Positions 37,661 to 49,700 are shown, counted from the first letter of the whole stretch. The stretch is 63,736 bases of DNA, filler included, from Octopus bimaculoides (GCF_001194135.2; 8 parts of 8 records of this genome joined end to end with filler, not necessarily neighbours in it); one strand, 5' to 3'. The notes: generated by a model from the sequence alone, not told the origin. Translations and numbers: made by a program.

Positions 37661-38090
37661 NNNNNNNNNNNNNNNNNNNNNNNNNNNNNNNNNNNNNNNN
37701 NNNNNNNNNNNNNNNNNNNNNNNNNNNNNNNNNNNNNNNNNNNNNNNNNNNNNNNNNNNNNNNNNNNNNNNNNNNNNNNNNNNNNNNNNNNNNNNNNNNN
37801 NNNNNNNNNNNNNNNNNNNNNNNNNNNNNNNNNNNNNNNNNNNNNNNNNNNNNNNNNNNNNNNNNNNNNNNNNNNNNNNNNNNNNNNNNNNNNNNNNNNN
37901 NNNCACATGTGGTCTATTTCTAGCATATTAAATGTCCACTTTACTGGTCAACTTTATATATATAAAAATATACCTTAATCCCCTAAGATCTCAGATATTT
38001 TTTCTGAATCTCTCGGATTCTTTCAATGTGCTAGCTTCCTGGTAAGAAATCGATATTAATTAATATCTGATTTTTACCCTTTGTTTTAAT

Positions 38091-38149
<59 letters not shown>

Positions 38150-38154
38150 ATATA

Positions 38155-39334
38155 CACAGACATGACAGAAGTAAATAGACACCTCATGAAACATTGTTTT
38201 GTTTCAGGTTTTATATGTGACTGTTTAATCATGCCATGAACAAAAGGAGCCTTGGAACTGTCTGAATTTGAAAGAGACTGTATTGGGGATCATTCTGAAG
38301 GTGGATATAGCATAAAATCACAGAAAACCTTGGGATCCCTCTTTCTACAGTTAATAGATTGATTGTGCAATTCACCAGAGAGGGGTAGGAGTCCACATCA
38401 CCTCACCCAATCAACCAGGGCCCTCTGACAGGACCCTTCTCTTTGTTAAGAGAAGTGTGGAGGATAATCCTCGTTGCAAGGCCTCTGACATAACAGAACA
38501 AGTTGATGTCAGTCCCAGAACAGCTGTCAGGTATGTCCACAAGCTTGGTTACTATGGCAGAGCAGCAAGAAAGAAGTCACTTCTTCAACCAGCCAACATC
38601 AAGCAGAGAAAAGATTGGGTAAGTGAGATGGTGGAGGGGCCACTAGAATTTTGGAACATTGTCATATTCTCCGATGAGTCCAGATTTGCTGTATTTTCTG
38701 ACAGTGGTCAAGTGTGTGTCTGGAGACTCTGTGATCAAGAATTTGATGTGAAAAGATTGCAGTCAACAATGAAACATGGCAGCTATTCTGTGATGGTCTG
38801 GGGAGCAGTTTGGAGCAATGGTTGATCAGAGCTGGTGGAGTGTGAAGGAAACACAAACTCAGATAAATATGTGTCCATATTGCAGAAAGGACTCCTTCCA
38901 GTCTTCTCCAGCAGTGAAATGATTAAAGAAGACTCTTTCTTATGGAAGATGGGGCTCCTTGTCACACAGCTAATATTTGTTGGATGAGAATGGCATTAAA
39001 AAGCTTTCATGGCCAAGCCAGATATGAACCCTATTGAACACCTTTGGGATATAATGGACAGGACACTTCATAAAAAAAGCAAGGAAGCATCTTCAAAGCC
39101 AGATCTTTTGAGATTACTGCATGAAACTTGGTAAGAAATTTTGCGAGAGAATATTCATCATCTGATCAGTAACATGCCTAATCGGATCCTTGCATTGAAA
39201 AATGCAAAGGACATGTCTACTAAATATTAAATATTCACATTATAACAATCAGTAAATAATTTGAATGTATAATTTCAAATTTAAATAAATTTTAATGATT
39301 ATAAGGGTGTCTGTTTACTTCTGTCATGTCTGTG
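38155..39334 (+). mobile_element. Full-length decayed Tc1-like transposon; pseudo-transposase 38231-39230
   Basis: 29-bp TIRs 28/29 identical (cacagacatgacagaagtaaa[t/c]agacacc), TA on both sides; [33 protein letters not shown] motifs. Confidence 0.95.
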
Positions 39335-39406
39335 TATGTGTGTGCGTGTGTGTGTATGTAATAAAATAATATATAATAATAATATAATATATACATATAT
39401 ATAATA

Positions 39407-39831
39407 ACTAGCAGAGATACCCGGCGTTGCCCATGTTACATGTAATTGAAAAATGAGACTTTTCTGTTATATTTTCTGTAAGGAACTGGAATACATATGA
39501 TTCGAATTTCATCAAAATTGCACATGAGGGTTCTTTCCCTCTTTACACACCCTAAAAAAATTCTAATCATGAGACATGTATCCCATACTATTGATCTTTA
39601 TGTGCATATTCCAAAATTTCAGTCTTCTGGAACCTGTAAAAAAGATTTTGCTCCTACAAAATGGAGCTCATGGAGCTCTAAAATGTGGGAATGAAGGCCC
39701 CCTATTGGGGGTGGGGGTGTTAATGTCAACCAGAGAAGTTGAATTGTTGGGAATGTTTTTAACTTGGGTCTTATAGTATGCCTGTATATATGTGAGAGTA
39801 TAGTCTCACTTTAATAGTTTCAGTATGAAAT
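39407..39831 (+). mobile_element. Helentron-associated (DINE-1/HINE-like) element, runs into gap
   Basis: Begins actagcagagatacccggcgttgccc, a start I recall for this class; gaatttcatcaaaatt motif. Confidence 0.55.
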
Positions 39832-40518
39832 NNNNNNNNNNNNNNNNNNNNNNNNNNNNNNNNNNNNNNNNNNNNNNNNNNNNNNNNNNNNNNNNNNNNN
39901 NNNNNNNNNNNNNNNNNNNNNNNNNNNNNNNNNNNNNNNNNNNNNNNNNNNNNNNNNNNNNNNNNNNNNNNNNNNNNNNNNNNNNNNNNNNNNNNNNNNN
40001 NNNNNNNNNNNNNNNNNNNNNNNNNNNNNNNNNNNNNNNNNNNNNNNNNNNNNNNNNNNNNNNNNNNNNNNNNNNNNNNNNNNNNNNNNNNNNNNNNNNN
40101 NNNNNNNNNNNNNNNNNNNNNNNNNNNNNNNNNNNNNNNNNNNNNNNNNNNNNNNNNNNNNNNNNNNNNNNNNNNNNNNNNNNNNNNNNNNNNNNNNNNN
40201 NNNNNNNNNNNNNNNNNNNNNNNNNNNNNNNNNNNNNNNNNNNNNNNNNNNNNNNNNNNNNNNNNNNNNNNNNNNNNNNNNNNNNNNNNNNNNNNNNNNN
40301 NNNNNNNNNNNNNNNNNNNNNNNNNNNNNNNNNNNNNNNNNNNNNNNNNNNNNNNNNNNNNNNNNNNNNNNNNNNNNNNNNNNNNNNNNNNNNNNNNNNN
40401 NNNNNNNNNNNNNNNNNNNNNNNNNNNNNNNNNNNNNNNNNNNNNNNNNNNNNNNNNNNNNNNNNNNNNNNNNNNNNNNNNNATATATATGTGTGTGTGT
40501 GTGTGTGTGTGCGTGTTT

Positions 40519-40570
<52 letters not shown>

Positions 40571-41099
40571 GGTGTTTTTTCAAAACATTGTCTGGTTTAA
40601 AAAGCCACATCAGATGCCATGAAAGGGCTAAGGTGTAGGTACAGGAGGTGGTCAAACTCCGTGTAAGGAGTAGACAACCACCATATATATATATATAGCA
40701 ATAAGAAAATGGAGGGGAATATGAGGTACTCATCAACTTGCAGACACTATATTCCGTTGATTAATCTGTTTATTTTATAACCAAAATGGCAAAAAAGACA
40801 ATATACAGACACTTATGACATACTATGTCATATCAACAATTAAGATTTCAAATTTAATGGACTTCTAGCAATTGGAGAAGGGACAAAAACCGACTATTGT
40901 AGCGACACCTGAGGACACCTATGTGCTTCCAGCTTTGGACTGTAGAGTCACATGTGCTCTCGTCACTGAGAACAGTGACTTTGTCATCGTCAGATACTGA
41001 TGAACTACCAGAATACATCTTTGTGAGAATTATAGGTGAAAACATGATTTGTGTGAAAACCCACTTATTAATTTTGTAACCAGTCTTGTACTGGTTACA

Positions 41100-41102
41100 A
41101 AA

Positions 41103-41151
<49 letters not shown>

Positions 41152-41275
41152 GCCACCACTACCACCACCACCACCATCACTACTACTTTTACATCAACAA
41201 CTATTACTACTACCATACTACCACCACTGCCACCATCAGTCACCATCGCTACTATTACTACTACTACGACAGTTG
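41100..41275. repeat. Compound (TAC)n/(CAC)n trinucleotide repeat
   Basis: Direct reading. Confidence 0.95.
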
Positions 41276-41989
41276 CGAATTACAAGTAACTGTGACTTGG
41301 TAGCATCTACCAAACCTTCACTAATTGCTTTAAGTGTGTATGTAGTCATGAGCAGGCATAAACACCCTCTTGGTTCCAACCACTCTCGACTCAGTAAGAA
41401 CGTTCAGGATGTCATGGCTGGAAGAGGGAGAGGGAGAGAAGGCCGCACCAACACTCAGCTAGAACTCATTTTAGCTGAGTAGACTTGAGCAACATTGAAT
41501 GATGAGCCTTGTTCAAGAATACAGCATGATGCCTGTTTCCAGGAATCAAACCCACAACCTTGTTTATACGTTCACGGGCCCAAAACTTTAAGCCATGCAA
41601 CTTCATGCCATTATCAATACTACTACTACTACTACTAACACCTCCACTACCACCAACGACAACACTGCCACCACCACCACCACCACCACCACCACTACTA
41701 CTACTATTACTGCTATTACTTTATCCACACACTAGTACAGACAAATGGAATCAGCTACTTGATGATTTGATGATCAAAGATAATTATCAATGCATGACCA
41801 AACCCTATTGATTTCTATTGTGGAGAAAGAACGTTCAATTATATTGATTCAATGGGGACATATTTTATTGCATCTGCAAAGAGGAAATGCAAAGTCAGCC
41901 ACAACAGGATTTGAACTTAGAATATCTCTAGTCACGTTGAATCCACCTTGAGTCTGTATTCGTTGACCAATTTGTGGCTATTGCTTGTC

Positions 41990-42290
41990 CATCTATCTGT
42001 GGTCAGTGTTAGTCTATCTATATGTGGTTAGTGTTAGTCTATCTGTCTATCTGTGTTAGTCTGTCTTTCTATGGTCAGTGTTAGTCTATCTGTCTATGGT
42101 CAGTGTGGTCAGTGTTAGTCTATCCATCTATCTGTAGTCACAGTCAATTCATCTGTGGTCAATGTTAACCAGTCCATCTTCAGTCACTATTAATCAATCC
42201 AATTGGGATTATTCTTAATCAATCTATCCATAGTCAGTGTTAGTCAATCTATCTGTAGTCGGTATTAGTCGATCTATCTGTAGTCAGATC
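41990..42290. repeat. Degenerate ~22-26-bp minisatellite (gtggtcagtgttagtctatct)
   Basis: About ten diverged units. Confidence 0.8.
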
Positions 42291-42471
42291 TTCTAAGAAT
42301 ACAATAGTCCAGCCATTATACTATCAAAAGCATGAGACTTATAGTAGCTCAAATTTAAAGATCCTAAATGGTATTTATCTCTTGCTGGGTAGAATGCTTT
42401 TTTATTTTTTATTTTGGTTTATCATATCACATCAATAATGAAACAGTAGACATAATATACATACATATATA

Positions 42472-43070
42472 CAGGATGTGGGGAAAGTATTGTCATCTAA
42501 ATTATGCAAAAATGAAAATAATACCGACATTTCATTTTAACATATATTTACCAAAATTACATAAATATATCTTGAAATACTAAAGAGTAAATTTATTCAA
42601 TAAAATCACCATTGGCTTCAACTGCAGCCTCCAGACGACTTTGGAATCTCCTGCAACTCTTCTGATTAGTCTCCTTGTTTAAGTTGGTGAATACTGCCAT
42701 AATCCTTGCCTTCAGTTCATTTTTGGTGTTACAAGGAGTTTTGTTGGTCTCATGTTCAAGTGCACCCCACATATAATAATCAAAGGTGGTTGCAGTCTGG
42801 GGAGTTAGGTGACCAGATGTTAGGGATGATGTGGTCGCAGAAATTGGCAGATAACCATGACTGGGTTCTCCTGCTTGTATGGCATGATGCAGGGTCTTGT
42901 TGCAAGACATAGGGTCTTCCAGCAGCCACTCTCTTCATCCAGAGTAGCACTACCTCCTCCAAGCACTTGATGTAGGCGTCTGTGTTGAGTCTGAGATCAT
43001 GTGGGAAGATGAATGTAGGCATAATGTCGACATCATGGTGTTTGGAGTGATCACTAGTCATGGCAATGTA
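42472..43070 (-). mobile_element. maT (DD37D) transposon 3' half
   Basis: LQQD-37 residues-D(YY)MWG after correcting one 1-bp insertion; ends EANGDFIE* at 42593; terminus tacagg. Confidence 0.9.
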
Positions 43071-43254
43071 CTTATTCTACTTATGTCCTCCGCCTAGTAC
43101 TTATTCTACACTCTTTTGCCGAACTGCTAAGTTATGGAGATATAAACAGGCTACTATGTCAAGATGGAATTTTATGTATTCTTCTTCCCACTTAGATTTT
43201 AAATGTTGCCACAATAGTAATATGTCCATTCTGCTGTAATTTTCTATATCCTTG

Positions 43255-43342
43255 TGCAGCTGAAGATTGCTCTGCATTTTGCATTTAATGTAATGCTTGC
43301 ATTACTTAAATAAATAGAGTAGCATGAAACGTGTGTACTGCA
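43255..43342 (+). ncRNA. Type I minimal hammerhead ribozyme motif, Penelope-like pseudo-LTR remnant
   Basis: Stem I TGCAG/CTGCA; CTGAAGA 43260-66; stem II TGCT/AGCA; GAAA 43326-29; stem III C-GTGT-G; NUH triplet GTA. Confidence 0.65.
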
Positions 43343-43528
43343 ATAACCTTTAAAATCCATGTTGCTTTTTTTTATTTCTATATATATGTATGTATGTATA
43401 TATGTACTGTATATATATATATATATATNNNNNNNNNNNNNNNNNNNNNNNNNNNNNNNNNNNNNNNNNNNNTTAATTAATTAANNNNNNNNNNNNNNNN
43501 NNNNNNNNNNNNNNNNNNNNNNNNNNNN

Positions 43529-43689
43529 GTGAAAGAGTACAGCAGGGTTCGCCACCATCCCCTGCCGGAGCCTCGTGGAGCTTTAGGTGTTTTCATTCAA
43601 TAAACACTCACAGCGCCCGGTCTGGGAATCGAAACCGCGATCCTATGACCACGAGTCCGCTGCCCTAACCACTGGGCCATTGCGCCTCC
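43529..43689 (-). mobile_element. Family-E tRNA-headed SINE 5' part
   Basis: Reverse complement of ggaggcgcaatggcccagtggttagggcagcgg...ggtttcgattcc; matches 58662. Confidence 0.9.
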
Positions 43690-44039
43690 ACTCATAATTA
43701 AATACATATATAAATACATACAAACACACACACACACACATACATACATATACACAAAAATAGATGCATGCATACATACGCATACACATACATGTTTCCA
43801 TCTCATCTCGCTGAGCCCTTAACATATGGTTAAGCGCGAGATTGGGAGGTGAGATAGGAACGTATCGTGGGCCCTTTTTGTCTGTCCCTGGATGTAGGGG
43901 AATAGGGTGCTTTCCTGATTGCCATATGTCTGTCCTGCCAATCCCCTGCCCCTTCCTTGCTACCTGGGTAGAATGTACGTATGCAATGATTGTGCATACA
44001 TACATACATACATACATACATATACAAACACACACACGT

Positions 44040-44073
<34 letters not shown>

Positions 44074-44556
44074 GATGTACATAATATATGTATATGAGTG
44101 TGTGTGAGTGTATATATGTGTACATATATGTTTGTATGTCAATATATATATATATATATATATATAATTATATATATGCATATNNNNNNNNNNNNNNNNN
44201 NNNNNNNNNNNNNNNNNNNNNNNNNNNNNNNNNNNNNNNNNNNNNNNNNNNNNNNNNNNNNNNNNNNNNNNNNNNNNNNNNNNNNNNNNNNNNNNNNNNN
44301 NNNNNNNNNNNNNNNNNNNNNNNNNNNNNNNNNNNNNNNNNNNNNNNNNNNNNNNNNNNNNNNNNNNNNNNNNNNNNNNNNNNNNNNNNNNNNNNNNNNN
44401 NNNNNNNNNNNNNNNNNNNNNNNNNNNNNNNNNNNNNNNNTATATATACATATATATATACATACATACACGTGTGGTGTGTTGTGAAGGGTGAGGTGAA
44501 GCGTTGAGGGGAGAGGTGGATGGCGATATAGAGAAGCATGTTCACTGGCTTCCACT

Positions 44557-44677
44557 ATGATGACGAAAGCAACCACCGCTACCACCACCACTACACATTT
44601 AAGCATGTCTCGAACCCCTAATCCGACATATCCTGGGCTTTGTAGCCCCCTCCCCTTGACCATCAGTGTGGAAGCTG
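44557..44677 (+). CDS. Weak candidate first coding exon (MMTKATTATTTTTHLSMSRTPNPTYPGLCSPLPLTISVEA)
   Basis: Open frame ending at a consensus donor CTG|GTGAGT (44678) in GC-rich unique sequence. Confidence 0.28.
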
Positions 44678-44895
44678 GTGAGTAAAGCCTAATTATAAAG
44701 AACTGCAAGAGAGAGAGTGGATGTGTGTGAGTAACAGCAGGGCAGGGAAGAGGCAGTGTTACGCTCCGACAAGCTTTGCAACAAATATACATCAATTGCT
44801 GCTTATTATCAATAATATATACGTTTCTGTGTGTATGGATGTTTATATACATATATACATGCGTGTGTGTGTGTGTGTGTGTGAGTGTAACGATG

Positions 44896-44933
<38 letters not shown>

Positions 44934-45274
44934 ATTAGGAGTTAGAGACATACTTGAATGTGTAGTGGTGGTGCTGGTGCTTGTTCTCATCATTGTGTGT
45001 ATGTTTATATACACACATATATGGCCTTCCTCCTCACCCCATCCTCTCACCCTATTGTGCTGCTGCTATCTATCCTAGGACTCGAAAACTTTGTACAGTT
45101 CCTGTATCTCTCCATGTTTGTGTGTTCACCCATGGCGTTGCCATTGTAGTAGTTGTGGGTGTTGTTATTGCCACACACACACACACACACATGCTCACAT
45201 ACAATATACATAAGCTACACACTTGACATGCATACATACACACATGCATGAATACACTCATACTGACAAATTCT

Positions 45275-45460
45275 ACACACATACACACACACACACACAC
45301 ATACCCCCCTCTCTCTCTATTTCACTCTCTCTTTATACACACCTATGCATACCCTTCCACACACACACACACACACACATACCCCACCTCTCTCTCTCTA
45401 TTTCACTCTCTTTATACACACCTATGCATACCCTTCGACACACACACACACACACACATT
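45275..45460. repeat. ~80-bp tandem duplication (2 copies) bounded by (CA)n
   Basis: ctctctctctatttcactctct...cctatgcatacccttc occurs twice. Confidence 0.85.
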
Positions 45461-45811
45461 TATATCTGAAAGAAACTTTTTATCTATTAATCTAAACTAG
45501 GCTATATCTACCTACACAAGCCACAGATATAAGATCTGTTTAGATTTAGAATAAGCATTTCCTTTCTTTGATTAATACATAAACATTTTCCTCTCACACA
45601 CATATATAGGAAACCATACAATAGACACAAAGAGATGATCACTTTTAGCTGTACACCAAACATAGTACGTCTTAAAACGATAATTCCAAACCAAGAACAG
45701 AGACAGGCTATTCCTCTGTGGTAACAACATATGCCTACTTAACAACTGATGTAACAAAGAAGTCACTATGTATGACAGACTCTCTCTCTCTCTCTCTTTT
45801 TTCACTCTTCT

Positions 45812-45970
45812 CCTCTTTTACTTGTTTCAGTCATTTGACTGCAGCCATGCTGGAGCACCGCCTTTAGTCAAGCAAATCAACCCCAGGACTTATTTTTTCT
45901 AAGCCTAGTACTTATTCTATCGGTGTCTTTTGCCAAACCGCTATGTGACGGGGACATAAACACACCAGCA
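45812..45970 (-). mobile_element. Family-C SINE
   Basis: tacttgtttcagtcatttgactgcagccatgctggagcaccgcc. Confidence 0.88.
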
Positions 45971-46040
45971 TGCTAGGGGGACAAACACAGACACACAAAC
46001 ACATACACATACACACACATATACATATATATACATATAT

Positions 46041-46195
46041 ACAACGGGCTTCTTTCAGTTTCCGTCTACCAAATCCACTCACAAGGCTTTGGTTGGCGCG
46101 AGGCTATAGTAGAAGAGACTTGCCCAAGGTGCCATGCAGTGTGAATGAACCCGGAACCATGTGGTTGGTAAGCAAGCTACTTACCATACAGCCAC
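46041..46195 (-). mobile_element. Family-F CORE-like SINE, near complete
   Basis: Minus strand: ggctgtatggtaag A-box, cgggttcattcac B-box, accttgggcaagtctcttc resembling the CORE motif. Confidence 0.88.
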
Positions 46196-46494
46196 TCCTG
46201 CGCCTATATGTTCATAGCATCTAAGAGATGATGCAAATACACTGATATATTGGGACAACAGAAGGCCCACTCAAAGATAGACTGATCAAGCATGTATTAT
46301 GCATGTATGTACATATGTGCGTATGTATGATATTCAGAAAGTGTTCGAGGGATGATGCAAGTGCATTGATATATTGGGACAAGACCTCATTCCCTGACTA
46401 AACATGACCCAAAACTCAAGATTTTTAGTGAGAAGCCACTTTATGCATGAATATGTGTGTGTGTGTATTTTTGTCTGCGTTTGTCCCCCCCCCC

Positions 46495-46680
46495 CACAAT
46501 CGCTTGACATTCGATGTTGGTGTGTTTATGTCCTTGTAACTTAGCGGCTCGGCAAAAAGAGACCGATAGAATAAGTACTAGGTTTTACAAAGAATAAGTC
46601 CTGGGGTCGATTTGCTCGACTAAAAAGGCGGTGCTCCAGCATGGCCGCAGTCAAAAGACTGAAACAAATAAAAATATAAA
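46495..46680 (+). mobile_element. Family-C SINE
   Basis: cggcaaaaagagaccgatagaataagtactagg...ggcggtgctccagcatggccgcagtc. Confidence 0.9.
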
Positions 46681-46955
46681 AGAATTTATATACATACATA
46701 CATACATACATTATATTTATNNNNNNNNNNNNNNNNNNNNNNNNNNNNNNNNNNNNNNNNNNNNNNNNNNNNNNNNNNNNNNNNNNNNNNNNNNNNNNNN
46801 NNNNNNNNNNNNNNNNNNNNNNNNNNNNNNNNNNNNNNNNNNNNNNNNNNNNNNNNNNNNNNNNNNNNNNNNNNNNNNNNNNNNNNNNNNNNNNNNNNNN
46901 NNNNNNNNNNNNNNNNNNNNNNNNNNNNNNNNNNNNNNNNNNNNNNNNNNNNNNN

Positions 46956-47003
<48 letters not shown>

Positions 47004-47403
47004 TTATATACATACACACATACACATATATACACACACCCCACTTTATCATATCATAAAATGTTCATTAGCGTATATGTGTGTGTGTGTGTGTGTGTGT
47101 CTGTATGTGCGTGCATGTATATGTGTGATGTTTATCTTACAGGAAAGAGTAAAAAATGTCAAATGTTCACAGTTGAATAACAACTTTGTTTTTGTATATT
47201 AGACACCTGCTGAGTCAGAGATTTTGAGTGTGTGTGTGTGTGTGTGCGTGTGTGTGCGTGTGTGTGTGTGCGTGTGTGTGCGTGTGTGTGCGTGTGTGTG
47301 CGTGTGTGTGTGTGTGTGTGTGTGAATACATACATGTATATCTGCAAGGGGTGGTTCCGTGTTTTTGCATGTATGTATAAATGAACATTCTTTATACATG
47401 CAT

Positions 47404-47450
<47 letters not shown>

Positions 47451-47644
47451 TATATATACATATATACATTTTTATGTATGTATAACCGCCCCCCCACACA
47501 CACACACACGTTTATTTAAATAAATGTATCTATCATCTACTTATCCATTTAACTATATATTTCATTATGTCTGTATGTGTGTGAGTGTGTGCATACATGT
47601 GTATGCATCTATTTGTCTCTGTATATAAGTATATATGTGTCTGC

Positions 47645-47690
<46 letters not shown>

Positions 47691-47771
47691 ACACTCACAC
47701 ACATATACACATACATATATGTATGTGCGTGTGTGTGTGTTTACAACATTGTTTTTTCATGATTATAAACA

Positions 47772-47823
<52 letters not shown>

Positions 47824-47980
47824 CCGTGTGCTCCCTCCTTTCAATGTATTCCAGGTGTTAAGTATTTACAATCACCGGGGTCTCTCTCTCTATATATATA
47901 TTAATTTAGGGACCGGAAATTGTGATTATTTAGCATCTTCACATTACAACAACAACAACAACAACATTAATAATAAAAAT

Positions 47981-48155
47981 CATCATCATCATCATCATCG
48001 TTTAACGTCCGCTTTCCATGCTGGCATGGGTTGGACGACTTGACTGAGGACTGGTGAAACCGGACGGCAACACCAGGCTCCAATCTGATTTGGCAGAGTT
48101 TCTACAGCTGGATGCCCTTCCTAATGCCAACCACTCAGAGAGGGTAGTGGGTGCT
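47981..48155 (-). mobile_element. Young family-A SINE
   Basis: Near-identical to 3278-3455. Confidence 0.92.
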
Positions 48156-48625
48156 CCGACTCACAGGTCTTAATAATGATGACGATGATGATTATGATGA
48201 TGATGATGACGATGATGACGACAATGACAAATGATGGTGATAGTGNNNNNNNNNNNNNNNNNNNNNNNNNNNNNNNNNNNNNNNNNNNNNNNNNNNNNNN
48301 NNNNNNNNNNNNNNNNNNNNNNNNNNNNNNNNNNNNNNNNNNNNNNNNNNNNNNNNNNNNNNNNNNNNNNNNNNNNNNNNNNNNNNNNNNNNNNNNNNNN
48401 NNNNNNNNNNNNNNNNNNNNNNNNNNNNNNNNNNNNNNNNNNNNNNNNNNNCCACCCTTTCCTCATTACATTAATTAATTATTACACTAAGTTATCAAAA
48501 GGATTCTTCCTCAGGGTTGGCATGGGTGGGTTGGCGGCAAAGATGTGTTGTTAGCTAGAAATAGAAACCGAAATCTCTCTGAGTTTATACATTACAGTTA
48601 TGGCAGGATGAAGAGCACGTTAAAT

Positions 48626-49025
48626 AATGTAGTCCTAGATACACTGTGTCTGAATAAAAGACAGGATGGTCACGGCTGGAACGTCTTTGATCATAGGTCT
48701 GTCTGGACCAGGAGTGACCTGGGGTTAAACAACTACAAAGAAGGACACATTAAACAATGTAGTCCTAGAAAGACTATGCCTGAAGGAAAGACAGGATGGT
48801 CAGAATTGGAACGTCTGTGATCATAGGTCAGCTGGATAAGGACTGACCTGGGGCTAAATAAGGAAGAAGTACACCTTAGATAATGTAGTCCTAGATACAT
48901 TGTGTCTGAATAAAAGACAGGATGGTCACGGCTGGAACGTCTTTGATCATAGGTCCACTGGACCAGGACTGACCAAGGGCTAAACAACTACAGAGAAGGA
49001 CACATTAAATAATGTAGTCCTAGAT
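48626..49025 (+). repeat. Tandem array of ~128-bp family-D units (130, 126, 129 bp plus partial)
   Basis: aatgtagtcctaga recurs at 48626, 48756, 48882, 49011. Confidence 0.9.
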
Positions 49026-49029
49026 ATGT

Positions 49030-49093
49030 GGAGGCGTAATGGCCCAGTGGTTAGGGCAGCGAACTCGAGGTCATAGGATCGCGGTTTCGATTC
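49030..49093 (+). mobile_element. Family-E SINE head, cut by linker
   Basis: ggaggcgtaatggcccagtggttagggcagcg. Confidence 0.85.
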
Positions 49094-49339
49094 NNNNNNN
49101 NNNNNNNNNNNNNNNNNNNNNNNNNNNNNNNNNNNNNTTAATTAATTAANNNNNNNNNNNNNNNNNNNNNNNNNNNNNNNNNNNNNNNNNNNNACCACCA
49201 CCCCACCCTCAACCACCATCATCACCACCGCCACCTCAACTACTACAACCGCCATCTCAACCACCACCACCATCACCACCACCACCATCACCACCAACAA
49301 CAACAACAACATCACTAACATCCACGTGTCTAACATCCT

Positions 49340-49700
49340 TATGAAGATGGCGCTTATATTGACAACCGTCTCTTTCCGTCCTCTCCCCTCTCCCTCTTTC
49401 GTCCCATGCTTCTCTCTTCTCCTTTCTGTTCCCTCTCCCTTTATTTTTTTTCTTCTCATCCTCTCCGTCTCTTCTCTTCTCTCATTACAGAATCGCCATT
49501 ACTATCATGATTTTTGTCAACTATGGCGGCGGCGGATACGTTTTCTTTGAGCATGCGCAGTGGAACGGACTCACAGTTGCTGATCTGGTGTTTCCATGGT
49601 AAGTTTTTAGCCTTCAATTTGGTTTGCTGTCGGTTCTCGAGTCGACGCTATTCTGCTACTTAGGATGTCTGGGATATAAAGATGGCGGCGGCGGTGACAG
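49340..49700 (+). promoter_or_regulatory. CpG-rich candidate promoter and first exon ending ATG|GTAAGT
   Basis: YY1-like AAGATGGCG at ~49345 and ~49679, ATGGCGGCGG at ~49523, NRF1-like GCATGCGCA at ~49551; ccATG (49596-98) immediately followed by GTAAGT. Confidence 0.5.

Noticed and set aside
48626-49025. Regularly spaced repeats resembling a CRISPR array (also 21820-22130)
   Set aside because: Whole units are homologous with no unique spacers; eukaryotic repeat context and no cas genes.
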